From an uncultured Gammaproteobacteria bacterium (lineage in GTDB: Bacteria > Cyanobacteriota > Vampirovibrionia > LMEP-6097): a DNA stretch of 64,000 nt. Each line of letters starts with the position of its first letter. Within the stretch, counting starts at the first letter, position 1. The translations under genes were made by a program, and so were the position numbers. The notes under the pieces were generated by a model. That model was not told the DNA's origin. It saw nothing but the letters and a program-made list of their open reading frames with translations, and did no database searches. The stretch covers positions 752,401 through 816,400 of the forward strand of contig CAYTKM010000001.1 in NCBI GenBank assembly GCA_964438425.1, given 5' to 3'. Of the stretch, positions 1-9,718 are shown piece after piece.

Positions 1-941
1 GTCAGCTGAGCTGAAGCTTTAGAATTAACTTCGTTATTAATTTCTCTTGCTATCTTTTGTGCTTGCTGGATTAAGTTAAAGGCTGAATAAGGTGGCTCAC
101 CCAAAACTTCAGCTAAGTTTTTTGAATTAGTGTATAAAAATCTTTGTTTTTTAAATAGAGCCAAGCTTTGAGTTAGCTGATTATAATGATGAAAATTAAT
201 AAAGGTTCTAATAAGTTCTTGATCTATTACGCTGCGATCTTCTTTAGTTTTACTAAAAGCAACATTGGCTTGTTCATTTAGTTTCTCGATATTCGTATAC
301 AACTCTTTAAAACTATATTTACGGTGCTTATCTGGCACTAAATTAATGGCTTCAGCACTTTCAGGATTATTGATTAAAAAGATTTTCAGCTCACTGACTG
401 AGCGCGCATCTAATAAAGACCTAAATAGCCATTCACTTGCACTAAGCTTGCCAGCTTTACTTTTACCAGAATATCTAAGTAAGGTAGCCTTAGCATAAGT
501 AGATAATGGTTTGATGCGACCTTCAGCTAAAATCTGGATACTTTCAAACTCGTTTTTTATTTCTTTACTAAAAGCGAGTGGAGTAGATTCTGTATCCACA
601 CTTGAATTTGTAGTTTTGTGACTACTAATATTACTATTATTTGCTAAATCTCTATCTGTGTTTTCAGAATTTATATCACCATTTGAAATTTCAAGCTCAG
701 CAGAGTTAGGCTTGGTGGTGCCTTGTGGCTTTTTAGCTGATTTCAGCTGCTCCCTAGCGCTTTCATTAGCTACAGTTTTTTGGAAATTATTTCCTATATG
801 TCCTTCTTGAGCTAGTACTGGCAAGAAAAATACTAGGCTTAACAAAAAACTTAAAGCTAAAGTGAATTTTCTTATGTCAGCTGTAAGCTTAAAATTTAGA
901 AAGTTCCGGTTAGCTTTAGTATTTAGTAAATTATCAGGCAT
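1..941 (-). CDS. Partial CDS (N-terminal ~313 aa; continues beyond window start): signal-anchor followed by hydrophilic domain; possibly N-terminal extension of a CcsA/ResC-type cytochrome c biogenesis protein given position immediately downstream of ResB-like gene
   Basis: Manual reverse-strand translation from ATG at 939-941 (MPDNLLNTKANRNFLNFKLTADIRKFTLALSFLLSLVFFLPVLAQ...) is open to position 1 with no stop; not in ORF track because it is open-ended; start overlaps ResB-like stop by 8 bp (ATGCCTGA), implying operon; function inferred from synteny only. Confidence 0.4.
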   Translation of the reverse strand, partial: MPDNLLNTKANRNFLNFKLTADIRKFTLALSFLLSLVFFLPVLAQEGHIGNNFQKTVANESAREQLKSAKKPQGTTKPNSAELEISNGDINSENTDRDLANNSNISSHKTTNSSVDTESTPLAFSKEIKNEFESIQILAEGRIKPLSTYAKATLLRYSGKSKAGKLSASEWLFRSLLDARSVSELKIFLINNPESAEAINLVPDKHRKYSFKELYTNIEKLNEQANVAFSKTKEDRSVIDQELIRTFINFHHYNQLTQSLALFKKQRFLYTNSKNLAEVLGEPPYSAFNLIQQAQKIAREINNEVNSKASAQL

Positions 942-2055
942 ATTTTTTCTTTATAAAGTTCCAGAATTGAATTATAAAGTGTAATAATAATCCCAAACTA
1001 GCTAGAATGCCAGAAATATAGGGGATTAACCTACCTTTATTTTCTACTACTGCAAGTGCACTAAATTCACTACCATCAGGTGCGATACCATATGAAGACT
1101 GAAAGAAAGTGAACTCTTTATATCTAAATGGTTTATTCATAGCAACAGTCAAGGTTCTAGCAGGTTTTAAAGGATCTTCAATGACAGCTATTTTACTCTC
1201 ATAAGATTTTGCAATCTGCGTACCTTGGTGCAGGTCACGTTTAACATCTAGCAGCTGAATAGAAACTGGTAATTGGTATTCACGTCTTTTCAGGACGAAT
1301 TCAAAACTGTTTTTAGCCTGTTTATTTTTACTCGCTAAAGTCAGACGACGTTGATTTAAGGCAGATAAATAGTATTCTTGCTGGGCGTCTTTAATGATTA
1401 CTACTGGAAAATTACTTTCCTGCTCTTTTTTTAATGGTAATTCTTTAGCGATGATGCCAGCAAATGGGGTATCAAACACCTGACCATTTTCATAATAGTC
1501 TTTAACTTCAAGTGAGCCCTGACTTAAAAAAGATAAAGGTTTTTCACTTAATAGTTGCTTGTTTAGAGGAAACTCATATTCACGGTATTTAGCTTCACTG
1601 CTAGCATTGGTTGGGTTATGTTCATGCCTGATTTCAAGTAGCCAGTCATAATAGTCAGCGCTGATATTAGAAGCTTCGCCCTCTTTTAATTGTAAAAGTG
1701 ATTCCTTACTAAAATTTAAATTGTAAAAACCGCCAACCAGTAAAATAATAATCCCCAGATGGATAAACCATAAGCCTAGTTTAGACCAGCGGTATTGGAA
1801 AATTAAGATCAAAGATAAACTGAGATTTATAAATAGCACCCACATCACAGATCTAACTGTAGGTAGGGGTATACCTTTAAAAGTGAAAAAAAATGAATTA
1901 AAAAATTTTTCTTGGGCTAAATATAAGCCATGCTCGGCTTGATATACAGTACCCCAAATGATAAGTAAGCTTAAAACAATCAGTGAAATAAGTGTAAGCT
2001 TAATCGAGCTAAGAAATTTAATAATAGGCAGCTTCAGTAAGTCAGCTCGCTTCAT
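934..2055 (-). CDS. ResB/CcsB-like cytochrome c biogenesis membrane protein (system II), ~373 aa from internal Met MKRADLL
   Basis: Topology typical of ResB/Ccs1: three N-terminal TM helices (LTLISLIVLSLLIIWGTVY, VMWVLFINLSLSLILIF, LGLWFIHLGIIILLVGGFY), large hydrophilic domain, C-terminal TM (IPYISGILASLGLLLHFIIQFW). ORF-track start at 2133 runs through the tRNA gene, so the start was moved to the ATG at 2053-2055. Confidence 0.5.
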   Translation of the reverse strand: MKRADLLKLPIIKFLSSIKLTLISLIVLSLLIIWGTVYQAEHGLYLAQEKFFNSFFFTFKGIPLPTVRSVMWVLFINLSLSLILIFQYRWSKLGLWFIHLGIIILLVGGFYNLNFSKESLLQLKEGEASNISADYYDWLLEIRHEHNPTNASSEAKYREYEFPLNKQLLSEKPLSFLSQGSLEVKDYYENGQVFDTPFAGIIAKELPLKKEQESNFPVVIIKDAQQEYYLSALNQRRLTLASKNKQAKNSFEFVLKRREYQLPVSIQLLDVKRDLHQGTQIAKSYESKIAVIEDPLKPARTLTVAMNKPFRYKEFTFFQSSYGIAPDGSEFSALAVVENKGRLIPYISGILASLGLLLHFIIQFWNFIKKKYA

Positions 2056-2059
2056 AAAA

Positions 2060-2147
2060 TGGCGGACAGAGAGGGATTCGAACCCTCGGTAGCTTGCGCT
2101 ACGACGGTTTTCAAGACCGCTCCGATAAACCACTCCGGCATCTGTCC
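2060..2147 (-). tRNA. tRNA-Ser (anticodon UGA), 88 nt, type II with long variable arm, CCA encoded
   Basis: Manual fold of reverse complement: 7-bp acceptor stem GGACAGA/TCTGTCC, D-arm, anticodon stem GCGGT/ACCGT with loop CTTGAAA (anticodon TGA), variable arm hairpin GTAGC-GCAA-GCTAC, T-arm GAGGG-TTCGAAT-CCCTC, discriminator G, 3' CCA. Confidence 0.85.
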
Positions 2148-2206
2148 ATTAACTATAATACAATATTTAGCTATGAAAATTGACCCCTTTTATTTTGTTT
2201 AAATAA

Positions 2207-3172
2207 TTGACAAAATTAAGCCTTATGTCGAAGGTTAAACTAAGCTTGCTGCTGCTGATGTTTTTAATAAGTACTAGTCTAAAAGTAAGTGCTCAAAACA
2301 ATTTCAATCTTTTTAGTCAACCTCAGCTTAAAAGTGATTATAAAAAATCAGGCGCTAGTAGTCGCGCGCAATATAGAGCAAGTAACTATACCAAGACTAA
2401 TAAATACACCAGTGCAAGAGCGAGTAACAACTCTGCTAGTTTTAAGTGGCAAGCCAAAAGTGCTAGTTCTACTTATTCTAATGCGAACTATAGAAATAAA
2501 AAAAATTACACTGAAAAGCTAAATGACCGTATAAATACTAAAAAACGCCAAATAGCTAGAGCTCGCAGCCAGCCATCAAACCGCATAAATATAAAACATA
2601 AGCCAGCTCACTTTGAAAATGACAACTTAGCTAAAAATCAGTCTGCTTATATCGATTCCAAGCACTTACATAAAAGATATATCGCTAAAAACTTGGCAGA
2701 TTATACTTATGATGGCACTTTACCTGATGCGGTAGTTTGGCACGCACCTAAGATTAACAACTTTCACTATTTAAATTATGAAAATATCTATTTTAAGGCT
2801 CTTAAATTAGCTAAAACAGCTTTAGCAAATAAAGATACTAATTTTAAAGAAGCTTTAGCTCATAGTGAACGTAAACTCAATTTTTTAGGTGACAAGTTGC
2901 TCACTAATGGTAGGCAGGCAAAGGAATATCACCACGAAAATATAACTAAGCTAGAAGCTTGTTTATTTAATTACATGCTCGCACGAGGAGCTGAGCCGCA
3001 GCCATTATTTATCAAGCTAAAAAATAATCGAAAAAGTCTGATCGGTAAAGTATCTAAGCTTCAAAAACTTGAAGATTTATTAAATTCAAGAAATACTTTA
3101 ATGGTTTTGACTGATAGTAGCTGCGCGCGCAATGTAGCAAATTTATTTATTACTAAGGTGAGCCTGAGATGA
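2207..3172 (+). CDS. Hypothetical secreted protein, Ser/Asn/Lys/Arg-rich low complexity, N-terminal signal peptide
   Basis: ORF 321 aa; signal-like N-terminus MTKLSLMSKVKLSLLLLMFLISTSLKVSAQ; first of four overlapping/abutting ORFs directly downstream of tRNA-Ser; no recognisable domain. Confidence 0.55.
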   Translation: MTKLSLMSKVKLSLLLLMFLISTSLKVSAQNNFNLFSQPQLKSDYKKSGASSRAQYRASNYTKTNKYTSARASNNSASFKWQAKSASSTYSNANYRNKKNYTEKLNDRINTKKRQIARARSQPSNRINIKHKPAHFENDNLAKNQSAYIDSKHLHKRYIAKNLADYTYDGTLPDAVVWHAPKINNFHYLNYENIYFKALKLAKTALANKDTNFKEALAHSERKLNFLGDKLLTNGRQAKEYHHENITKLEACLFNYMLARGAEPQPLFIKLKNNRKSLIGKVSKLQKLEDLLNSRNTLMVLTDSSCARNVANLFITKVSLR

Positions 3173-3792
3173 GATTTTTAATGCTACTTAGTGTATATAT
3201 TTGCTTTTACGCTCCAGTTTTAGCAGATTTAGCTATCAACGAAGGTGAGTTTACTGTTATAGACTTCGGTAATTTCAATTTAATAAAAAAAGTAACTCTA
3301 AGTTCACCTGAAATAGCGCGCGTTTACCAATTATCAGGCTCCGCCAAGCTAGATAAACATAGTGTACTGGTGCTTCAAGGTCTAAAAACCTTTGGTGAAA
3401 CTGATCTGCTGGCTTACTCTGAGCTTAAAATTCATAGTTTCCACCTGGAAGCTGGCTCTACTAGTAAATCTAAAGTTAAGGTAATTGATCCTTTAAATAC
3501 TAAATTTATTAAACGCGGCACTATTAAAGCTGCGCCTGGTCGATTAATCTTAGTTAATTCGCGCTACCCAGTAAACGAATATGTGCTTGCTGCAAAAGCT
3601 GAGCTCGTTACCTATAAAAAACTACTAGAGCCTAGTGACCCTAACTACCTAAAGACTTTCGGGCTAGCAACGGCCGACTTTGAAGGTCTAACTGAGCTGA
3701 TTATCGCAACTTCTGGTGGTGTATTTATGTATGAACTGGATATAAAAAATGCTTATAAAGGAGAACATCAAAGTGAACTTGAGATTTATTAA
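3169..3792 (+). CDS. Hypothetical secreted protein
   Basis: ORF 207 aa with signal-like N-terminus (MRFLMLLSVYICFYAPVLA); start overlaps upstream stop (ATGA), indicating translational coupling. Confidence 0.55.
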   Translation: MRFLMLLSVYICFYAPVLADLAINEGEFTVIDFGNFNLIKKVTLSSPEIARVYQLSGSAKLDKHSVLVLQGLKTFGETDLLAYSELKIHSFHLEAGSTSKSKVKVIDPLNTKFIKRGTIKAAPGRLILVNSRYPVNEYVLAAKAELVTYKKLLEPSDPNYLKTFGLATADFEGLTELIIATSGGVFMYELDIKNAYKGEHQSELEIY

Positions 3793-4555
3793 GTTTAAAT
3801 ATAAGCGAGGATTACCACTGATGATAGTAATTTTACTAATGCTCATGAACCTGAATCTATCAGCTATTAAAGCTAGCGAATTTCAGCCTCACAAACTAAA
3901 GCCAACCCTAGATTCTAGTTTAACTAAAGGGCGCACCTACAACCATTACAGAAAAGTTAGGGTGATTGCACCTAAAGCTAAAAAATATCCTGTTTTAGAT
4001 CAGTTTGAAAGCTTACTTTACCCAGAAAAAGACTTTTCTAAGGAGCATCCAGGAAAAAGACTTGAGCGCATTGAAATCGCGGTGCTCGGTGATAAGCTAG
4101 ATAACGGTTTAACTATTAAAGAGAGGGTAAATAAGGTTAAAAGTGAGCTGATATCATGGCAAATCGCTAATGAAATGACTTTAGATATTCTTGAGTTACC
4201 TGAATATGAAAAACAAAACACTGCTAGCCACGCTTATATTTCTAGGCTACATAAGCAAGATAGCCTAAAGCAGCCAGCTACTAACAATTTCATCGCTCAG
4301 CACTATAATGCGACTGGTCTAAGTCCTGAAGAAGCGCGTGAACTCAGGCAATACCTTGAAGATCAAGAAAAACAATTGCAAGATCAGTTCACGCGTCAGC
4401 GCGAAGAGCTAACTCAGCTTGAAAATCAGCAGCGAGGTAATAGGCGCGCGCGCAGCCAAGAGCAGTTTACCCGTAATACTGGCGTGCCTTTACTAAGAAG
4501 GCTCGGTGATGAGACGATTAGTCGAATTTTTAATAAAAGGAACAGGTTTTTTTAA
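3749..4555 (+). CDS. Hypothetical membrane/secreted protein with Gln/Arg/Glu-rich coiled-coil C-terminus; true start may be the internal Met near 3821 (MIVILLMLMNL)
   Basis: ORF 268 aa; hydrophobic segment MIVILLMLMNLNLSAIKA; C-terminal heptad-like EQEKQLQDQFTRQREELTQLENQQ. Confidence 0.5.
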   Translation: MLIKENIKVNLRFIKFKYKRGLPLMIVILLMLMNLNLSAIKASEFQPHKLKPTLDSSLTKGRTYNHYRKVRVIAPKAKKYPVLDQFESLLYPEKDFSKEHPGKRLERIEIAVLGDKLDNGLTIKERVNKVKSELISWQIANEMTLDILELPEYEKQNTASHAYISRLHKQDSLKQPATNNFIAQHYNATGLSPEEARELRQYLEDQEKQLQDQFTRQREELTQLENQQRGNRRARSQEQFTRNTGVPLLRRLGDETISRIFNKRNRFF

Positions 4556-5031
4556 TGTTAAAGAGTTATAAAATAAATTTGAAACTAATAAGGTTACTGA
4601 ATCTAAAAAAATCACATTTGCTCTTCGTGATATTAACAAGCTTAAACTTCGTTTCAAGCTATGTTCAGGTGCAAGCTTATCATGCTGAAGGTGTAGTTAT
4701 TAATCGAGGAGGCGCGCGTAGCGTGTACAATCAGTCATTTTTGGATAAAAAATATATCTTTGATCACGCGCCATCGGCGCGCGCGCCTGAAAATTACCAG
4801 ACACCCAGCGCTAATTTAGCTACGCTGGGCGCGCCAAGTTTAAGCCGGCGCGCAACTCCAGTAACTTCGCGCCAGCCAGCTATTGTCGCCAGACAGGTTT
4901 CAAAAGCGCCAATGGCGCGCATCAAACCTAAAAAAATGGTTCATGATCCTTACAGTGACTCAGAGTGGGGAGATTTTGCTGAAGAGTTAGATGAGAGTTT
5001 AAATGTAAACGCGAAACTATTAAATTATTAA
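4555..5031 (+). CDS. Hypothetical membrane-anchored protein rich in Ala-Arg/Arg-Ala dipeptides encoded by GCGCGC
   Basis: ORF 158 aa; ATG overlaps previous stop (TAATG); N-terminal TM (LLFVILTSLNFVSSYVQVQA); contains seven GCGCGC-containing tracts. Confidence 0.5.
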   Translation: MLKSYKINLKLIRLLNLKKSHLLFVILTSLNFVSSYVQVQAYHAEGVVINRGGARSVYNQSFLDKKYIFDHAPSARAPENYQTPSANLATLGAPSLSRRATPVTSRQPAIVARQVSKAPMARIKPKKMVHDPYSDSEWGDFAEELDESLNVNAKLLNY

Positions 5032-5339
5032 TGTCTTGACTAATGTCCTTCATTGAAATATTTATAAGCTGCTAGCGCGATTTTAGCTGTTTGATAACAA
5101 CTTTAACTATCTAAAACAACTTTAGTTATTTGAAAACAAACCAGCTTATCTATTAATAGATTCTTAAGATAGTTTCTTTACTTACTATAAATTATCTTTG
5201 ATAAATATTTTATTTGTTACTTTTACTAAAGAATAATCATTCAGCTTTATAAAGTAATAAAAGGTGCGCTCACTTAAAAATAAATTGCTACTAGCTAGCG
5301 GTCTTTTTAAAATTCTAGAGTACAATATAAATATTAACG

Positions 5340-6062
5340 ATGCAAATTCACGATAAAGAAAGCTTTGTAAACCAAATGTTCACGCGTATAGCGAATAAAT
5401 ATGATCGTTTGAACAATATTATGACACTTGCTTTGCATAAGGGCTGGAAACAAGAGACTATTAAACATGCTTCTTCTAGCATGAAGCAATTAAATAAGGC
5501 TAAAATTTTAGATTTATGTACTGGTACTGGTGATATGGCATTTATGTGGGCTAAAGATCCGCGTGTGAATAAGGTTATCGCCGTAGATACCTGCAAGCCG
5601 ATGCTAGATGTCGCTGATGACAAACTAGCTGGTAAATATAAAAAGTTTGCTGATAAGATCACTTTTATGGAAGGTGATGCGATCGAATTACCTTTCCCAG
5701 ATGATACTTTCGATGCAGTCACTGTAGGTTTTGGTTTAAGAAACGTAGTAGATTTGCAAGCTGCAATTTATGAAATATATCGTGTGCTAAAACCTGAAGC
5801 TTACGTTGCTAGTTTAGATTTAGGGCACCCAGAAAGTGCATTACCTAGCATGGCATATAAAAAAGGCTTTTTAAAATTAGTTCCTTGGATGGGCGCAGCT
5901 TTTGCTAAGGATAAAGAAGCTTATGCTTATTTGACTGAGTCTTTAAAAACTTGGCCTACCCAAAAGGCACTTTCTCAAATGTTCTGGGATTCGCAATTTA
6001 CGCGTAGCTATTATAAAAATGTAATGGCAGGTACCATAGCGATTGTAGTTGCTCAAAAGTAA
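5340..6062 (+). CDS. ubiE: Ubiquinone/menaquinone biosynthesis C-methyltransferase UbiE/MenG
   Basis: Family signature MFTRIANKYDRLNNIMTLALHKGWK and SAM-binding motif ILDLCTGTGDMAF; 240 aa typical length. Confidence 0.85.
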   Translation: MQIHDKESFVNQMFTRIANKYDRLNNIMTLALHKGWKQETIKHASSSMKQLNKAKILDLCTGTGDMAFMWAKDPRVNKVIAVDTCKPMLDVADDKLAGKYKKFADKITFMEGDAIELPFPDDTFDAVTVGFGLRNVVDLQAAIYEIYRVLKPEAYVASLDLGHPESALPSMAYKKGFLKLVPWMGAAFAKDKEAYAYLTESLKTWPTQKALSQMFWDSQFTRSYYKNVMAGTIAIVVAQK

Positions 6063-6064
6063 AG

Positions 6065-6574
6065 TTATTTTTTAGAGACCATGTATCTTTCGGAAGCTCT
6101 TTTAAGTAGACTTACTGTTTCGTATGAACCTACATACTTACCATTTAAATATTGCTTGACAAAACTATGAGCTACTAAATTATCTTTTTCATCAAAAGAA
6201 AAATAATCTTTAGATCTAACAAACCACTTCTTGTCATAGGCTTGAATAAACTTATTATCGCGCTCCCAGACTAGACTATCGTCATTATTGAGTTTGACGC
6301 GTCTGTTTGCTACTAAATCCCAATGAGTGTCTAGCCACTCAGGTTTAACTTCACCTTGATTGAATTTAAACCTGAGTGTTGACTTTGCACTTTTTCCTTC
6401 TTCCACGTATTTGCAATCTGAGGAGATTACATATGTCTGTGCTTTCCATGTACCAAAGAGTCTCAAGTCTATTACATTAGTTGAAGCGCCGAGCTTAAAG
6501 GGAGTAAGTGCCTGGCAGCCTGAACTTAAAGTTAGACATGATAGTAAAGCTAAAACTGTAAACTTTTTGAACAT
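6065..6574 (-). CDS. Hypothetical lipoprotein
   Basis: ORF 169 aa; signal peptide with lipobox MFKKFTVLALLSCLTLSSGC. Confidence 0.55.
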   Translation of the reverse strand: MFKKFTVLALLSCLTLSSGCQALTPFKLGASTNVIDLRLFGTWKAQTYVISSDCKYVEEGKSAKSTLRFKFNQGEVKPEWLDTHWDLVANRRVKLNNDDSLVWERDNKFIQAYDKKWFVRSKDYFSFDEKDNLVAHSFVKQYLNGKYVGSYETVSLLKRASERYMVSKK

Positions 6575-7009
6575 GATTATCTCCTCTTTTTAATAACGGT
6601 AACTAGCTACTAATCTTTAAAAATAGTTAGTATAAAAAATAATTTTGTTTAATTATCTTTACTAAATTAATGCCCGCGATTAATAATAAGACGCGTAGAC
6701 TATTAACCTAAAAATAGTTTTTAAAGTGGTTTTTATGGCTTAAAAATCAAATTAAGCGCTAAGGTTCCCTAAATATTAGCTTTATTTCTATAATTTTAAA
6801 CTTTAGATAAGACTTTAGCTGATATTGAAGGAGAACCATCTCAGGGTTTTAAGCACAAGGCAAGGCTGAGCCACCAGGCACCGTTTTTAAAACGGATTGA
6901 ATTATGCTTTATCGTATAGCTTACACGGAAACTATTAAAAGATCTCTCTCTGTTAGATTAGATACAATTTATACTAAGATATCTTCTAGTATTAGTAATG
7001 TTTATAGCC

Positions 7010-7882
7010 TTATAATAACTCTTTAAAATCTTTAAAGTGCGGTGCAGTTAAGGTTAGCTTTTCTTTAGTAATAGGGTGCAAAAAGGTAAGTGAACGTGCA
7101 TGTAGCATATGGCGTCTCGGGTTTACTTTAGAGTTAAAACGCTCTGCATAAAAGCTATCACCTAAAATAGGATGCTTTAAGTATTCCATATGTACTCTAA
7201 GTTGATGAGTACGACCTGTTTGTGGGGCTAGCTTTACTAAACTATAATTTTTATCAGGGTAAGTTTTTATTAGTTCAACTTTAGTAATGGCACGCTTGGC
7301 TACTTTAATTTTAGAATCAGCTTTTTTTACGCCCCATTTTTGAAAATGTTTGCTTTTAGAAAGTAAGACTAACTCATTGTCGATAGTTTGCTTGAAACTA
7401 GCTGAAACTAAGCCGTCTATTAAAGCTTCATAAGTTTTAGTAATTTTTTTTTCTTCAAATAGCTCAAAAAAATACTTGCTGATTTCTTTATTCTTACTAA
7501 AAATTATTACACCACTAGTATCTTTATCCAGTCTATGTACTGGTTCGATAAAAGAATACTCTTTAGTATCTATAAAAGCCTGATGTAAGTTTGAAGCTTT
7601 AGTACTAGTATTTAAACAGGGGAATAATGGCTCTTTATTATAGGCTATAAAATAATCATCTTCGTATATAATAAGTTCTTTTTTTATGGTAAGCTTCGCT
7701 CGCGCAGTTTTTTTAACAAGCTTAAAGCTGACTTTATCTTTTGCTGGGTCGATTTTACGAGTAATAAATCTTTCGATTTTGCCATTAACTAAACAATTAC
7801 CTTGCTCTAGTGAGTACTTCAAAGTTTTAGTACTTTCATCGGGGTGTTTTCTTTGCAAAAATTGTTTTAAAGTAACTTTCAT
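7010..7882 (-). CDS. RluA-family RNA pseudouridine synthase with N-terminal S4-like domain (RluC/RluD-like)
   Basis: Catalytic motif HRLDKDTSGVIIFSKN; N-terminal S4-like segment ending LVNG; 290 aa. Confidence 0.8.
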   Translation of the reverse strand: MKVTLKQFLQRKHPDESTKTLKYSLEQGNCLVNGKIERFITRKIDPAKDKVSFKLVKKTARAKLTIKKELIIYEDDYFIAYNKEPLFPCLNTSTKASNLHQAFIDTKEYSFIEPVHRLDKDTSGVIIFSKNKEISKYFFELFEEKKITKTYEALIDGLVSASFKQTIDNELVLLSKSKHFQKWGVKKADSKIKVAKRAITKVELIKTYPDKNYSLVKLAPQTGRTHQLRVHMEYLKHPILGDSFYAERFNSKVNPRRHMLHARSLTFLHPITKEKLTLTAPHFKDFKELL

Positions 7883-8255
7883 TTAATTCATATAAAATTT
7901 CATAGAGCTAAAGGTCATAAGTTTAATAACTTGCTCTAGAAACAAAAAGTCAAATCTTAGAAGCTATCTTCTTAGAGACAATTATCAGAACTACCAGGCT
8001 CTACCCTAAAATCTTAACATCAAATAATAAACTTTAAGTGCTAGTTAGTCTGAGCTTGAATTACTTGTTTTAGTTAATCTGGGATAAAAATAGCTGGAAA
8101 CTAAAAAAAACAGCTGCAAAAGTGTCTAAGTCTAGCTACTAAGTTTAGACATGATAAAGTTAGGGTAAGTAATATAATAAGTAATTAGCTTCAATCAGCT
8201 TTTATAAGATATATGCTTAAGATAAAGAACATTAATACTAAAGGAGCAAACAAAG

Positions 8256-9554
8256 ATGTTTGATGAACAAGAAAGCTGGTGGAAGTACACTTTAGATGGT
8301 GCAACCTGTTTTGATGCGAAGTCCTGCTTCGCTGCTAACCGCAAGAAGAACTTACATGGTCAGGAGATTAACGATCAGTTACTATCCTATTTAAATACTT
8401 GTAAACGTGAAATTTTGATGGAAATTCCGTTAAGACTAGATGATGGTTCACTGATGCCAGTTCATGCCTACCGAGTGCAACATAATAATGCACGTGGACC
8501 TTTCAAGGGTGGTATCAGGTATCACGCCGAAGTTAATTTAGCTGAAGTACGTGAAATGGCTAATTTAATGACCTGGAAAACGGCATTAGTGGATATTCCT
8601 TATGGCGGCGCCAAGGGTGGGGTGGCTGTTGACCCTAAAAAACTTAGTTTTCATGAGCTTAGAAGATTAACGAAAGCACTTGTTGCACATTTGGGTAATA
8701 ATATTGGTCCTCATATCGATATTCCAGCACCAGATGTAAACACGACACCCCAAGTTATGGCATGGATTTATGATGAATTTTCTAAAACTCACGCTGAAAA
8801 CTCACCGCTAGCTGTGGTTACTGGTAAACCGATAGAAATTGGTGGCTCGCAGGGGCGTTTAGAAGCTACTGGACGCGGAGTCGCGATCTGTTTAAGAGAA
8901 GCTTGCAAATATAAAAAACTTGATCCTAAAGAACTTACAGTCGCTGTTCAAGGTTTTGGTAATGTAGGTTACTACGCCGCGCGTATTATGCAAAATGAGC
9001 TGGGGGTGAAAGTGATCGGTGTTAGTAATGCACTGGGCGCAGTTTATAATCCTAAAGGTATAGATGTTGAGAAGCTAAAAAAATACGAAGATGAAAATAA
9101 TTTTCGATTTGATGGTTTTGAAGGCGGAGAGATGATACCTCGCGATGAGCTATTACTCGTCGATTGTGATGTTTTAGTGCCAGCAGCTTTATCTAAAGCA
9201 GTTAATACTAAAGTAGCTAAAGCAAATAATCGTATGAAAATCTTACTAGAAGCAGCAAATGGACCGACTACACCTGAAGCTAATGCTATTTTATATGAAA
9301 AAGGCGTCTTAATCGTGCCTAGTATTTTAGCGAATGCTGGTGGTGTAATTGTTAGTTACTTCGAGTGGGTTCAAAACTTACAGCAGTTTTACTGGTCATA
9401 TGAAAAGGTGGTAAAAGAACTTGAAAGTCGCATGTGCCTAGCGTTTAATAACGTAGCGAAACTGGCTGATGAAACAGAAACTGGCTTTAGGCAGGCTGCT
9501 TATTGTATCGCTTTAAATAAAGTTGCTAGTGCCTTAATTTTAAGAGGTTTTTAA
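8256..9554 (+). CDS. gdhA: Glutamate dehydrogenase (short hexameric GdhA/RocG type)
   Basis: Motif IPYGGAKGGVAVDPKK (catalytic Lys region), Rossmann GFGNVGYYAA; strong SD AAGGAG 8 nt upstream of ATG; 432 aa. Confidence 0.9.
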   Translation: MFDEQESWWKYTLDGATCFDAKSCFAANRKKNLHGQEINDQLLSYLNTCKREILMEIPLRLDDGSLMPVHAYRVQHNNARGPFKGGIRYHAEVNLAEVREMANLMTWKTALVDIPYGGAKGGVAVDPKKLSFHELRRLTKALVAHLGNNIGPHIDIPAPDVNTTPQVMAWIYDEFSKTHAENSPLAVVTGKPIEIGGSQGRLEATGRGVAICLREACKYKKLDPKELTVAVQGFGNVGYYAARIMQNELGVKVIGVSNALGAVYNPKGIDVEKLKKYEDENNFRFDGFEGGEMIPRDELLLVDCDVLVPAALSKAVNTKVAKANNRMKILLEAANGPTTPEANAILYEKGVLIVPSILANAGGVIVSYFEWVQNLQQFYWSYEKVVKELESRMCLAFNNVAKLADETETGFRQAAYCIALNKVASALILRGF

Positions 9555-9606
9555 AAAGATCTTTAAACTTGAAATTTACTAGGCTGATAAGGAATATAAT
9601 AGTTAT

Positions 9607-9714
9607 ATGTTAGGAATTGCAATTTTAGGAACCTTAGTGGTCGTGGTTGGCACGGTCGGCTATGTAGTCTTTAAATCTTTTAATGATGATCATGAAGATC
9701 GTGAAAGCTACTAA
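9607..9714 (+). CDS. Possible small hydrophobic protein (35 aa, single TM) immediately upstream of trpA
   Basis: Manual translation MLGIAILGTLVVVVGTVGYVVFKSFNDDHEDRESY*; stop 4 nt before trpA ATG; codon usage unusually G/C-rich for this genome; below ORF-track length cutoff. Confidence 0.3.
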   Translation: MLGIAILGTLVVVVGTVGYVVFKSFNDDHEDRESY

Positions 9715-9718
9715 CTAG

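Noticed and set aside
934-2133. 399-aa version of ResB-like ORF
   Set aside because: The first 26 codons run through the tRNA-Ser gene (2060-2147). Start reassigned to Met at 2053-2055.
2060-5031. Integrated mobile element at tRNA-Ser
   Set aside because: No integrase, transposase or recognisable att direct repeat was seen. Kept only as a possibility in the findings.
5348-5722. ORFs antisense to ubiE (5348..5722), aroA (35899..36366), ABC ATPase (37873..38349), purA (24224..24793, 24906..25175), metH (57524..58270), atpD (40651..40854)
   Set aside because: Each is embedded in the opposite strand of a well-supported conserved gene and has no features of its own.
6826-6900. Possible small RNA (SRP/4.5S-like CAGG...AAGGCAAGGC segment) in the 435-bp gap upstream of the pseudouridine synthase gene
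   Set aside because: Only loose resemblance to the SRP domain IV consensus. No convincing helix 8 or GGAA tetraloop. Would need covariance-model search (Infernal/Rfam).
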